A stretch of DNA of 64,000 bases from Kiritimatiellia bacterium. Its GTDB lineage: Bacteria > Verrucomicrobiota > Kiritimatiellia > JAAZAB01. Below, one piece after another: positions 38,262 to 47,343 of this stretch; positions within the stretch are counted from its first letter, which is position 1; each line of letters opens with the position of its first letter. Both the position numbers and the translations under genes were made by a program. The stretch lies in the NCBI GenBank assembly GCA_040767085.1, contig JAXGPF010000005.1, positions 192,001 to 256,000 of the forward strand, given 5' to 3'. The notes under the pieces are model-generated. The model saw only the letters and a list, made by a program, of their open reading frames with translations, was not told where the DNA came from and made no database searches.

Positions 38262-39575
38262 TTACACCCCCGGAGGCCGCCCGTAGACACAAGCGCCATG
38301 GGATTCTCTCACCTTCCAGGCCATGCGGCATGACCAGGCAGCTAGCACCAGGCAACCCGCCATGACCGTCAAATAGGCGGCGCGAGGATACACCACCACC
38401 GCCCCCGCCCTTTGTACGCCGCCAAACGCATCTAACACCAATCCCGCCAGGTGGCTGAGCAGGGCGATCGCCATGTAACACGCGCCGTTAACCAGGCCCA
38501 CCGACGCGCCGGCGGATTCCGGCGGATTGACCTCCTTGATTACGGCGCAAATGATGGGCGAGGCCGAACTGGCCAGCCCCAGCAGCAGCAGGCAAGCCGC
38601 CAGCCAGCGGGGCGAATAACCACGCCATAACGCCGCCGCCATCACTGCCAGCGCCAGCATGGTCAGCCCGGCGCAGCCGAAAATCACCGGCCGGCGGCGA
38701 TTCTGCAGCAAACGCGAGACAAAACCCGACAGCGAGGTGGCCAGCATGCAGACCAGCATCATCCAAAAAGAAACCGACGCCGCCCGGTCCGGAGTCAAAC
38801 CGCCGGCATCCGTCAGCATTTTTTTGCCGAGGACGGCCTGCCAGAGAAAATACACGCCGAAATTCACCATGCCGCATCCCATGACCGGCCAGGTGTCCGG
38901 ATTGCTTAAAATAATCTTCACCCGCTGCCATAACGTCGCCTGGCGGGCCGATGGCGCGGGGGCCCGGCGGCCGCGCAGCACGGCCAACGCCAACAACCAG
39001 GCCAGGCCGCTGAGCAGCCCGGCCCCGAACATGGCCGAACGCCAGCCCCAGCGGCCGGCCAGGCGTGCCAGCGGCAGCGTGCCGGCCAGGCCGCCGGCAT
39101 ATCCCACGAACAGGCAAAGGCACAGGATCATGGCAAAATGCCGGGCGGGAAACATGCCGTCCAGTTCCTTGACAAGACTGATGAAAATCAGGCTGGCGCC
39201 CAAGCCGGTCAAGGCGCGCACCGCATACAAACATGGCAGCGAATGCATCAACGGGAAGACCACCGAGGAAACCGCCAGCAGCGCCCCCCCGGTCAGCAGC
39301 ACGCGCGCACCGCCGTACCGATCGGCCAGCAATCCGGTGAAAAATTGCATCGCGCCGTAAATATACATGAAGACCGCGCCCAGTACCGTAATGGCCGTGG
39401 CGGTGGCCGCAAAATCCGTCTGCAATTCGTCGAACAGCGTGCCCGGCAGCGCCAGGCGCTGAAAATAGGAAAAAAAATACAGCAGGCACATGGCGGCCAG
39501 AGCTATTATTTTATGGCGCCGTAACATGCCGGCTTCCGCCGCTTTCAGAATTGATCCGTCAACATGTTTGTTCAT
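38262..39575 (-). CDS. MFS transporter
   Basis: About 12 hydrophobic helices; GLLADRYGGARVL motif A; YFQR. Confidence 0.9.
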   Translation of the reverse strand: MNKHVDGSILKAAEAGMLRRHKIIALAAMCLLYFFSYFQRLALPGTLFDELQTDFAATATAITVLGAVFMYIYGAMQFFTGLLADRYGGARVLLTGGALLAVSSVVFPLMHSLPCLYAVRALTGLGASLIFISLVKELDGMFPARHFAMILCLCLFVGYAGGLAGTLPLARLAGRWGWRSAMFGAGLLSGLAWLLALAVLRGRRAPAPSARQATLWQRVKIILSNPDTWPVMGCGMVNFGVYFLWQAVLGKKMLTDAGGLTPDRAASVSFWMMLVCMLATSLSGFVSRLLQNRRRPVIFGCAGLTMLALAVMAAALWRGYSPRWLAACLLLLGLASSASPIICAVIKEVNPPESAGASVGLVNGACYMAIALLSHLAGLVLDAFGGVQRAGAVVVYPRAAYLTVMAGCLVLAAWSCRMAWKVRESHGACVYGRPPGV

Positions 39576-40665
39576 CGCGGTAACAGCAGATTCCCCCGCC
39601 CTGCGGGCGGCGGATACGGAAAGCATTAGCCCCGGCGGCGGTAACGTAATCGGCGGAAGCCGGCACCTTGCCGCGCCCCCGTGGCAAATCCAGCACATAT
39701 TGCGGCGCCAGGTATCCCGGGAGGCTGCCCCAGAGTTCCCGCCACAGGCGCCGGCCGCGCGCCAGCGGCGGCCGCCAATGCCGGGTGCCGGGGGCGCGGT
39801 CGGGATGGTGCAGGTAATAGGGCTTGACGCCCGCCTCCGCCAGCCGCCAGCCGAGTTCCCGGAGCACGGCCGGGTCGTCATTCACCCCGCGCAGCAACAC
39901 GCTTTGATTCAAAAGCGGAACGGCCTGACGCAGCCGCTGCAGGTAATTCACGGCGGTGGGTGTAAGTTCGCGCGGATGGTTGAAATGCGCCACCACCCAC
40001 AACGGCTGCAAGGCAGCCAGGCCGCGCGCGAGCGCCTGGGTGATGCGGAACGGATTGTATGCCGGCATGCGGGTATGCACGCGTAACAGCCGCACATGCC
40101 GGATGCGCCGCAGCCGGCGCAGCAGCGCCAGCAGCGGCGCGTCCGGCAGCATCAGCGGATCGCCGCCGGTGAGAATTACCTCCCGGATTTCCGGATGGGC
40201 GGCAATATACGCCAGCGCCCGCGCCTGGGCCGCGGCGGTCCAGGCGCCGGCCGCTCCGCCCACCCGCCGCCGCCGGAAACAATAGCGGCAGTAGCCGCCG
40301 CATTGCATGGACGGAAAAATCAGAACCCGTTCCGGATGGCGATGGGTCAACCCGGGCGCCGGCCGGTGTTTGCCGCCATCCGCGATGGGGTCCGCCGACT
40401 CGCCGGGGCTGATCCGCAACTCGCGCGGATCGGGCAATACCATCCGCAGTAGCGGATCGGCGGGATCATCCGGACGCAGGAGGGCCAGATAATAAGGCGT
40501 GATTTTCACCGGCTGCCGGCGGGCGGCGGCTTCCATCCGCGCCGCCGCGGCCGGCGGCAAATGCAGCCGCTGGGCCAGGGCGCCGACGGAACGCGCGGCA
40601 TGGGCATCCTGCCAGCGCCAGTCAGCGCGGCCGGGACCGTGATGAACAATTTTTGAGCGTTGCAT
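39559..40665 (-). CDS. KamA/EpmB-family radical SAM aminomutase-like protein
   Basis: ITPYY, CGGYCRYCFRR, LTGGDPL, HFNHPRE, NQSVLLRGVND and PYYLH. Confidence 0.9.
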   Translation of the reverse strand: MQRSKIVHHGPGRADWRWQDAHAARSVGALAQRLHLPPAAAARMEAAARRQPVKITPYYLALLRPDDPADPLLRMVLPDPRELRISPGESADPIADGGKHRPAPGLTHRHPERVLIFPSMQCGGYCRYCFRRRRVGGAAGAWTAAAQARALAYIAAHPEIREVILTGGDPLMLPDAPLLALLRRLRRIRHVRLLRVHTRMPAYNPFRITQALARGLAALQPLWVVAHFNHPRELTPTAVNYLQRLRQAVPLLNQSVLLRGVNDDPAVLRELGWRLAEAGVKPYYLHHPDRAPGTRHWRPPLARGRRLWRELWGSLPGYLAPQYVLDLPRGRGKVPASADYVTAAGANAFRIRRPQGGGICCYRDEQTC

Positions 40666-40713
40666 GTTGGCTGCCTGGAATTGCCAGTTGCGGGCATAAG
40701 CCCGCCGCGGGAG

Positions 40714-40797
40714 TGCCTGGGGAGGGAGTCGAACCCTCACGACCGTTAAGGTCATCGGATTTTAAGTCCGATGCGTCTGCCATTTCGCCACCCAGGC
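40714..40797 (-). tRNA. tRNA-Leu(TAA), CCA not encoded
   Basis: GCCTGGG/CCCAGGC acceptor stem, TGGCAGAC D-loop, TCGGA-CTTAAAA-TCCGA anticodon arm, long variable arm, GGTTCGACT T-arm. Confidence 0.95.
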
Positions 40798-40913
40798 CGA
40801 TGCCATTACGCGCCAGGCGCCGGCTGGCCACGGGGAATTCACGGCAAGTTACCAGCGCCCGGGCGAAAAAACAAGCCTGGAATGGACTCGGGTACGGGAA
40901 CGAGAGACAATCA

Positions 40914-40972
40914 GGCCAACCGGAGGGTCCAGACGACTCGCAATAGCTCGCGCCTGACCCTCGGCGTTATGC
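40914..40972 (+). mobile_element. Solitary integron attC site (59-base element)
   Basis: R'' GGCCAAC, 5 bp, L'' GGTCCAGA, 19 bp, L' CCTGACC, 6 bp, R' GTTATGC = 59 bp, with the extra base in L''. Confidence 0.75.
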
Positions 40973-41039
40973 CTAAAACACAAGGATGACCTAACGAGGT
41001 CGGCTAACCGGCAAATTCAGGATACGGCGCAGGGATGCC

Positions 41040-42293
41040 CTACTTGATGGGCTGCGCTGCGCAGGCCGCTTCCCAGCGTTCCAGGAGGTCCGGATGATCT
41101 GACAGCAGCCGCGCCAGGCGGCTGGCCGGCCTCAAAGGTTCCAGGTTGGACAACGCCCCTTTCGCCAGAAATCCCGCGAAGGCGGCCGGCGTGCCGCAGA
41201 GTTCCAGGGCATGCCGGTCGGCCAGGCGTTCGTCCCAGCGCGAGATGGCATTGTCCAGCGGCGTCCACCCCAGGGTCACGATCCGCCAGGCCAGGAACGT
41301 CAAAACCACGCAGCGCGCGGGCGGCACGAGCGCCGCGCCGCCGGCGCGCCGCCGCCAGGCGGATGCCAGGGCAAAGACCGCCAGCAATTGCGCCAGCGCG
41401 CTGGTTTTGCGCAAGGCCATGAAAAAGAATTCATGCCGGTAATGGCCCAGTTCATGCCCCAGGGCCATGGCCGCTTCGTCCGGGGTAAAACGCTCGATCA
41501 GGGTATCTGTGAAAACCGCGTAGCGCTCCGCCGCCCGCCCGCTCAGGCAGGCATTCACGGCATTATCCCGGCGGCTGGCATCCGAGACCATCAGCGGCAT
41601 TCGCAGACCGTCGCACTGTAAAATTCGCTCGGCCGCTGCGCGATGCGGCCCGGCAGGCAATTGCTCGAGTTTTTCCACCGGGTCGCGCGGAGCGTAGGGA
41701 ATTAATTCCGGCAAGGCATGGAACAACATCCACATGGTTAGCGGCGCCGCCAGCCACCAGCGCCGGGGAAAAATATTCAGCAGGCAATAAATGACCAATC
41801 CCTGCGCGACCCACAAAACCAGCGCCAGCGCCAGCCGCAAAGTCCAGATACCCAGCAACGCCGCCGGGGCCAGGTTCGTCATACCAAAGGCCCGGGCATG
41901 CCGGTAAAGCGCCCAGAGGAATGGTTTATCCAGCAGAAAAACGCCGAGTCCGATAACCGCCAGCAGCCCCATGAACGCCGGCAGTTGGCGGATGCCGCCG
42001 GCAGCCGGCCGGGCGGCGCGGCGCGGACGCATGGCCGTGTAGGCCAGCGCCAGCCAGGCAATGATCGTCAGCAGGGCCGCCAGCCGGCCCGGCGCCGCCG
42101 GGCGGTCATACGCTTCCGCCCGCGCGGCGTCCTGGTCGCTCCACCAGGGACGCAGCGCGGGCGGCGGCGGAGTCGCCGGCGGCCCCCAGGCGCGCCCGGC
42201 CGGACCGGGGATGCCAAGGAACGGCGCCACCTGGCCGGCCATCCCCAGGACCAGCAATGCCAAAAGGATAAAAATCTGGCGGCGATGTTTCAT
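41040..42293 (-). CDS. M48 (Ste24/HtpX-like) membrane metalloprotease
   Basis: Transmembrane helices, NA, DTL, HELGH, ERLAD and SDHP motifs. Confidence 0.85.
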   Translation of the reverse strand: MKHRRQIFILLALLVLGMAGQVAPFLGIPGPAGRAWGPPATPPPPALRPWWSDQDAARAEAYDRPAAPGRLAALLTIIAWLALAYTAMRPRRAARPAAGGIRQLPAFMGLLAVIGLGVFLLDKPFLWALYRHARAFGMTNLAPAALLGIWTLRLALALVLWVAQGLVIYCLLNIFPRRWWLAAPLTMWMLFHALPELIPYAPRDPVEKLEQLPAGPHRAAAERILQCDGLRMPLMVSDASRRDNAVNACLSGRAAERYAVFTDTLIERFTPDEAAMALGHELGHYRHEFFFMALRKTSALAQLLAVFALASAWRRRAGGAALVPPARCVVLTFLAWRIVTLGWTPLDNAISRWDERLADRHALELCGTPAAFAGFLAKGALSNLEPLRPASRLARLLSDHPDLLERWEAACAAQPIK

Positions 42294-42398
42294 TGGCGCA
42301 AGTTTTGCCAGCGCCCGGCATGATAACATGGAGCGGGATTGCCGGCAAGAATACAGAAGGCACTACCGGGGATGTCAACAGGGCTGCGTCATGCTCAG

Positions 42399-42507
42399 CG
42401 GCTCGCCCGGAGGTCTTGCCCTACCTCCGGAACGGCTCGCCCGGAGGTCTCGCCCTACCCATGGCAAATGCTTATGAAATGGTAAGGCGAGGTCTCCGAC
42501 CGAGCCG
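42399..42507. repeat. REP-like cluster: two direct and one inverted 27-bp unit
   Basis: CGGCTCGCCCGGAGGTCTYGCCCTACC at 42399 and 42433; diverged inverted copy at 42481-42507. Confidence 0.75.
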
Positions 42508-42674
42508 TCTTTTCCGAGAATGACGCAGCCCTGGGGATGCCAAACAGATTCCCGCCGCGCCGCCGGCCAGAAATTGCTTGTTTTCCGCCCGCCTGATTTT
42601 ATACTGACCGGCAGGATGCGGATTTTGCCGGTTGCCGGCACGAACTTAAATTCACAGTGGATGGAGGAGAGATC

Positions 42675-43169
42675 ATGCGTGATCGCAAGCAAACCATGTC
42701 AGTCCTGGCGGCAGCGCTGGCCGGATTGGCTTTCCTGGCCGCCGGCGCCGTCGACCGGACGGTGCAAGTGCGCGAGGCGCAATTGCGCGCCACGCCGTCA
42801 TTCCTTGGCAAATTGACGGGCGCCTGCGCCTACGGAACCAGGGTGACAGTGCTGGAAACGCAGGGCGATTGGGAAAAAGTGCAGGCGCCCGGCGGCCAGG
42901 CGGGCTGGCTGCATACCTCGGCCCTGACCGCCCGGCGGGTGGCCTTGCAGGCCGGCGCGCCGACGGCCGCCACCGCGGCGTCCAGCGACGAACTGGCGCT
43001 GGCCGGCAAGGGATTTAACTCCGATGTCGAGGCGGAATTCAAGCGCCGTAACCGCGAGATTGACTTTACCTGGGTTGACCGGATGGAAAAAATCCGCGTG
43101 GCGCCGGAGCAGATGCAGGCATTCCTCAAGGCCGGCGGCGTACAGCCCGCAGCGGGAGGCGTCCAATGA
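42675..43169 (+). CDS. Secreted SH3b-domain protein
   Basis: Signal peptide, LRATPSFLGK...GDWEKV...GWLH and ELALAGKGF; GGAGG RBS. Confidence 0.8.
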   Translation: MRDRKQTMSVLAAALAGLAFLAAGAVDRTVQVREAQLRATPSFLGKLTGACAYGTRVTVLETQGDWEKVQAPGGQAGWLHTSALTARRVALQAGAPTAATAASSDELALAGKGFNSDVEAEFKRRNREIDFTWVDRMEKIRVAPEQMQAFLKAGGVQPAAGGVQ

Positions 43170-44092
43170 AATATTGCATCGGATTAATGGCCGGCGCGGC
43201 GGGCCTGGCGTTGGCGGTTGGCGCCGGCGGATGCAGCACCACCATGGACGCTCTTTCATCGGTAGGCACGGCGGTCGGCGAAGCCTCGGGCGCCATCACG
43301 CCGGCGCAGGGCGAATCCATCCGCAAATCCGCCGTCGCGGTCGGCAAGACTTTTGAGGACATTACGCCGGAGCAGGAATATTACATCGGCCGCACGGTGG
43401 CGGCCACGATTCTCAGTTCCTGCAAGCCCTGCCTCAATCCGACCGTAAACGATTACCCCAACCTGCTGGGCCAAACCCTGGCGCGCTTCTCCGACCTGCC
43501 GGAGACTTTTGGCGGCTATCATTTCCTGGTCATGGATACCGAGGAAGTCAATGCCTTCGCGGCGCCCGGCGGGCTGATCATGATCTCGCGGGGTATGCTG
43601 CGTTGCTGCAAAAGCGAGGATGCGCTGGCAGCCGTGCTGGCGCACGAAATCGGCCATGTGCAAAACCGGCACGGATTGCAGGCCATCAAGAAAGGGCGGC
43701 TGACAGCGGCCCTGACCACCCTGGCCGCGGAAGGCGCCAAATCATTCGGCGGCGAACAACTCGCGGAATTGACGCAGGCTTTTGAAAATTCCATCGCGGA
43801 CATCACCGCCACCCTGATGAACAGCGGGTACTCGCGCGCGTTTGAGCGCCAGGCCGACCAGGCGGCCGTGGCAATTTTAAAACGCAGCGGATACGATCCC
43901 CGGGCGCTGGTGGAGATGCTGGAGGAAATGAAACAACACCTCCAGCCGGGCGGCCGCGATTTCGCCCGGACCCATCCCGCGCCCGAATCCCGGATTGCCG
44001 ATATCCGCAAGCTGATCGGCAGCCACCGGGCGCCGCCGGCGCCGCCCGCGCGGCAGGCGCGGTTCGCGCGCTACCGGGAATCCCTCCCGTAG
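43166..44092 (+). CDS. M48-family metalloprotease lipoprotein (BepA/YfgC-like catalytic domain)
   Basis: Lipobox AGGC, NAFAAPGG, HEIGH, ERQAD and THP; overlaps the SH3 gene by 4 bp. Confidence 0.88.
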   Translation: MKYCIGLMAGAAGLALAVGAGGCSTTMDALSSVGTAVGEASGAITPAQGESIRKSAVAVGKTFEDITPEQEYYIGRTVAATILSSCKPCLNPTVNDYPNLLGQTLARFSDLPETFGGYHFLVMDTEEVNAFAAPGGLIMISRGMLRCCKSEDALAAVLAHEIGHVQNRHGLQAIKKGRLTAALTTLAAEGAKSFGGEQLAELTQAFENSIADITATLMNSGYSRAFERQADQAAVAILKRSGYDPRALVEMLEEMKQHLQPGGRDFARTHPAPESRIADIRKLIGSHRAPPAPPARQARFARYRESLP

Positions 44093-44116
44093 GACGCCCG
44101 GTCCGCGGCGCGGCGC

Positions 44117-44527
44117 CTACGCGCCTTCCGGATTCGGCAAAGCTTTGCCCTGCCGGCGCAAGCCGCGCCGGATGGCCGCCAACGCGGCTTGCGGCGACAT
44201 GGCGCCGAAATGAATGGGGATGATAAATCCGTCTTCCAAACGCAAGTTGAGCGTTTTCAGAATCAGCCACCGGCGGGTAACATCCGCCGATGCTATGCGT
44301 TGATAGGGCACGACAAAGGATGTTTCCGTCGGCTGGAAGGCCTGGATGCCGCGGCTGAGGGCGGCGCCGGCGCCGGCCGCCAGGGCCAGGCCGCCCTGGA
44401 AGCGGACATACAGGTTGGTCACGCAAAGCCGGCCGGTAACTTTCGCGCCCAGCGGGGTCGGTTCGCCTAAATACACAAACCACGAACCCGCGGCGATTTC
44501 ACCCCGGTCCAGATTCGGCGCACGCAT
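44117..44527 (-). CDS. Hypothetical protein, PH/GRAM-like fold
   Basis: TGRLCVTNLYVRF pattern; co-oriented just downstream of gdhA. Confidence 0.5.
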   Translation of the reverse strand: MRAPNLDRGEIAAGSWFVYLGEPTPLGAKVTGRLCVTNLYVRFQGGLALAAGAGAALSRGIQAFQPTETSFVVPYQRIASADVTRRWLILKTLNLRLEDGFIIPIHFGAMSPQAALAAIRRGLRRQGKALPNPEGA

Positions 44528-44538
44528 GAGCCCATCCG

Positions 44539-45783
44539 TTATTGCACGCCGCGGTCCACCATGGCCTGGACGATTTTCTCCAGGGCCAGGCAATAGGCGG
44601 CCTGCCGCAGCGTAATTTTGCGGCTGGCGGCAAATTCATGCACCCGGGCATAGACGGAACGCATGCGGGTGAAGAGCCGCTGGTTGACATCGGCCTCTTC
44701 CCAGTAGAAGCCTTCGCGGTTCTGCACCCACTCGAAGTAGGATACAATCACGCCGCCGGCATTGGCCAGGATGTCGGGCACCACGGTGATGCCTTTGCGG
44801 GCGAGGATTTCGTCGGCTTCGGGGGTCGTCGGTCCGTTGGCGCCCTCGGTGATCAGCTTGGCGCGGATATCCCCGGCGTTATCCGCGGTAATGGACATTT
44901 CCTTGGCGCAGGGCAGCAGGACATCGCAGTCGCAGGTGATCAGCTCGTGCATCTCGATCACCTTGCCGCCGGCGTAGCCCTTAATGCCGCCCGTGCGGTC
45001 GCGATGCTTGATCATTTCCGAGACATTCAAGCCCTCCGGATTGTATAGGGCGCCGGTGATATCGCTGATCCCCACCACCTTGATGCCGCGCTCAAACACG
45101 TCCAGGGCGGCATGGGAGCCGACATTGCCGAATCCCTGCACCGCCACGCGGTAATTCTTCAGTCCCATTTCGCGCACGGCTTCCAACATGGCGCATACCA
45201 CGCCGCGCCCGGTGGCTTCCTTGCGGCCGAGGGATCCGCCCAGCGCGATGGGTTTGCCGGTGACCACGCCGCGGGCCACATCGCGGTACTTGCGGTATTC
45301 ATCGTAAATCCAGGCCATTTCCCGCGCGCCGGTGCCCATATCCGGCGCCGGGATATCGATATTCGGGCCGATATCGTTCACCAGGCGCGAGGTGTACTTG
45401 CGCACCAGCCGCTCCAGTTCCGTGAGGGTCAGCGTCTTGGGGTCCACGGCGATGCCGCCCTTGGCGCCGCCGTAGGGGATGCCCGCCAGCGAGGTTTTCA
45501 AGCTCATCCACAAGGCGAGGGCTTTGACCTCGTCCAGGTCCACATCCGGATGAAAACGGATGCCGCCTTTGTAGCAGCCCAGGACATCGCTGTGTTGGAT
45601 GCGGTAGCAGTTGAACACGCGCATGCCGCCCTGGTCCAATTGCACGGTGGCCCGGAACATGATGACCTTGTCCGGAATGCGCAGGCGCTCCAGCAATTCC
45701 ATGCCGTGGAAGCGTTTTTCAAAATCAAGAAATGCGGCGGTGCGCTCCACCAGGCTCATTGCATTGTCCAACACGGATGCCAT
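44539..45783 (-). CDS. gdhA: Glu/Leu/Phe/Val dehydrogenase (glutamate dehydrogenase)
   Basis: KGGIRFHP, GGAKGG, PAPDMGT, VTGKP, QGFGNVG and NAGGVIVSYFEW. Confidence 0.92.
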   Translation of the reverse strand: MASVLDNAMSLVERTAAFLDFEKRFHGMELLERLRIPDKVIMFRATVQLDQGGMRVFNCYRIQHSDVLGCYKGGIRFHPDVDLDEVKALALWMSLKTSLAGIPYGGAKGGIAVDPKTLTLTELERLVRKYTSRLVNDIGPNIDIPAPDMGTGAREMAWIYDEYRKYRDVARGVVTGKPIALGGSLGRKEATGRGVVCAMLEAVREMGLKNYRVAVQGFGNVGSHAALDVFERGIKVVGISDITGALYNPEGLNVSEMIKHRDRTGGIKGYAGGKVIEMHELITCDCDVLLPCAKEMSITADNAGDIRAKLITEGANGPTTPEADEILARKGITVVPDILANAGGVIVSYFEWVQNREGFYWEEADVNQRLFTRMRSVYARVHEFAASRKITLRQAAYCLALEKIVQAMVDRGVQ

Positions 45784-45968
45784 GTCATACCCTCCGGAAT
45801 GCAGAATATATTTAGTTGTTGTTTACTGACGGGCAATGCTTATCATATTGCGCGGGATTGGGCAAGGACAAACCGTCCGGATGTCGTAAACAAATGACTT
45901 GGCCGCATAATTAACAAATGATTTGTCCGCTTAAAGCTGTCAGGATGGTGCATTCAAAGGGGGGTTAT

Positions 45969-47153
45969 ATGGATGAATATCCGAAGGCAGCACTGGAGCG
46001 GGCAATGAAGGTACAGGAAGTGATCTTGCGTGCGATTGAAGGGCGGTTAATGTGGTGGGAGGCGGCGGAGATACTAGGTGTGAGCTACCGGACCATGCGG
46101 CGCTGGAAAGGGCGCTACGAGCGGTATGGTTACGACGGGCTGCTGGATCGTCGGCGGAAGATACCGGGGCCGCGGCGCGTGCCCCTTGCGACGGTGAAGC
46201 AGGTGCTGAGGTTGTACCGAGAAGAATACATGGATTTCAATGTGAGGCATTTTCACGAGAAGCTGCAGGCGGAGCATGGGATCGAGCTCAGTTATCAGTG
46301 GGTCAAGAGCGCCTTGCAGACGGCCGGGTTGGTGGCGAAGGCCCGGAAACGAGGGCCGCATCGGCAGCAGCGGGAACGGCGACCAATGGCGGGGATGATG
46401 TTGATGGTGGATGGCAGCACCCATGCCTGGTTGCCCCTGCTGGCGGGCCAGAAGCAGGATCTGATCCTGGTGATGGACGATGCCACCAGCGAAGTCTACA
46501 CGGCCTATCTTGTGCCCCAGGAAGGGACATTAACGGTGATGAAGGGGTTGAAAGAAGTCATTATTAAACATGGGGTTTTCTGCAGTCTGTACACGGATCG
46601 TGGCAGTCATTTCTTTTATACGCCCAAAGAAGGCGGGGCGGTGGACCGGCGTCAATTGACGCAAATTGGACGGGCGTTGCAACAGTTGGGGATCGAACAT
46701 ATTCCGAGCTATAGCCCCCAGGGACGTGGGCGAATAGAGCGGATGTTTAAGACCTGGCAAGGGCGCCTGCCGCAGGAATTAAGGCAGGCGGGAATCCGGA
46801 CGATGGCCGAGGCCAACGTCTATATTCAACAACAGTTTCTGCCTTCCTTCAATCGCAACATGAAGGTGAAGGCGCGGGAAACAGGAACGTGTTTCGTGCC
46901 TTGCGGTGAGCAGGATTTGGACAGCATTTTCTGTGTGCAGCATGCGCGAGAGGTTCAAAATGACAATACCGTGGCTGTCGGGAGTCGCCGCTTGCAGATT
47001 GGACCATCAAAATGGCGTTTCAGCTTCGCCAAGTGCCGGGTTAAAGTCTGCGAGCACCTCGATGGCACGGTGTCCATCCGTTATGGCCCGCATGTGGTTG
47101 GCCGCTACCAAGGACCGTTGAACATTTCGGCGTCGCTGGAGGACGTCGCATAA
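45969..47153 (+). CDS. DDE transposase (ISNCY/IS481-like)
   Basis: N-terminal HTH, DGSTHAW, DDAT, YTDRGS and PQGRGRIERMFKTWQGRL. Confidence 0.93.
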   Translation: MDEYPKAALERAMKVQEVILRAIEGRLMWWEAAEILGVSYRTMRRWKGRYERYGYDGLLDRRRKIPGPRRVPLATVKQVLRLYREEYMDFNVRHFHEKLQAEHGIELSYQWVKSALQTAGLVAKARKRGPHRQQRERRPMAGMMLMVDGSTHAWLPLLAGQKQDLILVMDDATSEVYTAYLVPQEGTLTVMKGLKEVIIKHGVFCSLYTDRGSHFFYTPKEGGAVDRRQLTQIGRALQQLGIEHIPSYSPQGRGRIERMFKTWQGRLPQELRQAGIRTMAEANVYIQQQFLPSFNRNMKVKARETGTCFVPCGEQDLDSIFCVQHAREVQNDNTVAVGSRRLQIGPSKWRFSFAKCRVKVCEHLDGTVSIRYGPHVVGRYQGPLNISASLEDVA

Positions 47154-47156
47154 ACT

Positions 47157-47182
47157 TTTTCCTCCCCCGCGGGGGAGGAAAA
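47157..47182. terminator. Perfect palindrome after the transposase stop (terminator-like)
   Basis: TTTTCCTCCCCCGCGGGGGAGGAAAA. Confidence 0.6.
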
Positions 47183-47343
47183 TCCTCACCCCAGGAGCAA
47201 CAACACACAATAACAAATCGGACAGATCACTTGTTACAAAAAGCGGACACTTGACTTGTTACGAACAGGACAAACCGTCCGGAGAAAACACCGGCTCAAC
47301 CTTCAACACCGCACACCGGCTCCCGGACAATGAAACACTGTTT

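Larger units (their letters stand above)
45882..47267 (+). mobile_element. Intact IS1202-type (IS481-related/ISNCY) insertion sequence with 16-bp target-site duplication
   Basis: TGT...ACA ends, internal repeated subterminal boxes, flanking direct repeat GGACAAACCGTCCGGA at 45866-45881 and 47268-47283. Confidence 0.9.

Noticed and set aside
37735-38286. 183-aa ORF across the queD-MFS intergenic region
   Set aside because: No protein-like motifs or RBS; it overlaps a promoter and the folded element.
40714-40797. tRNA-anchored integrative island
   Set aside because: No integrase and no duplicated tRNA 3' end found in the window.
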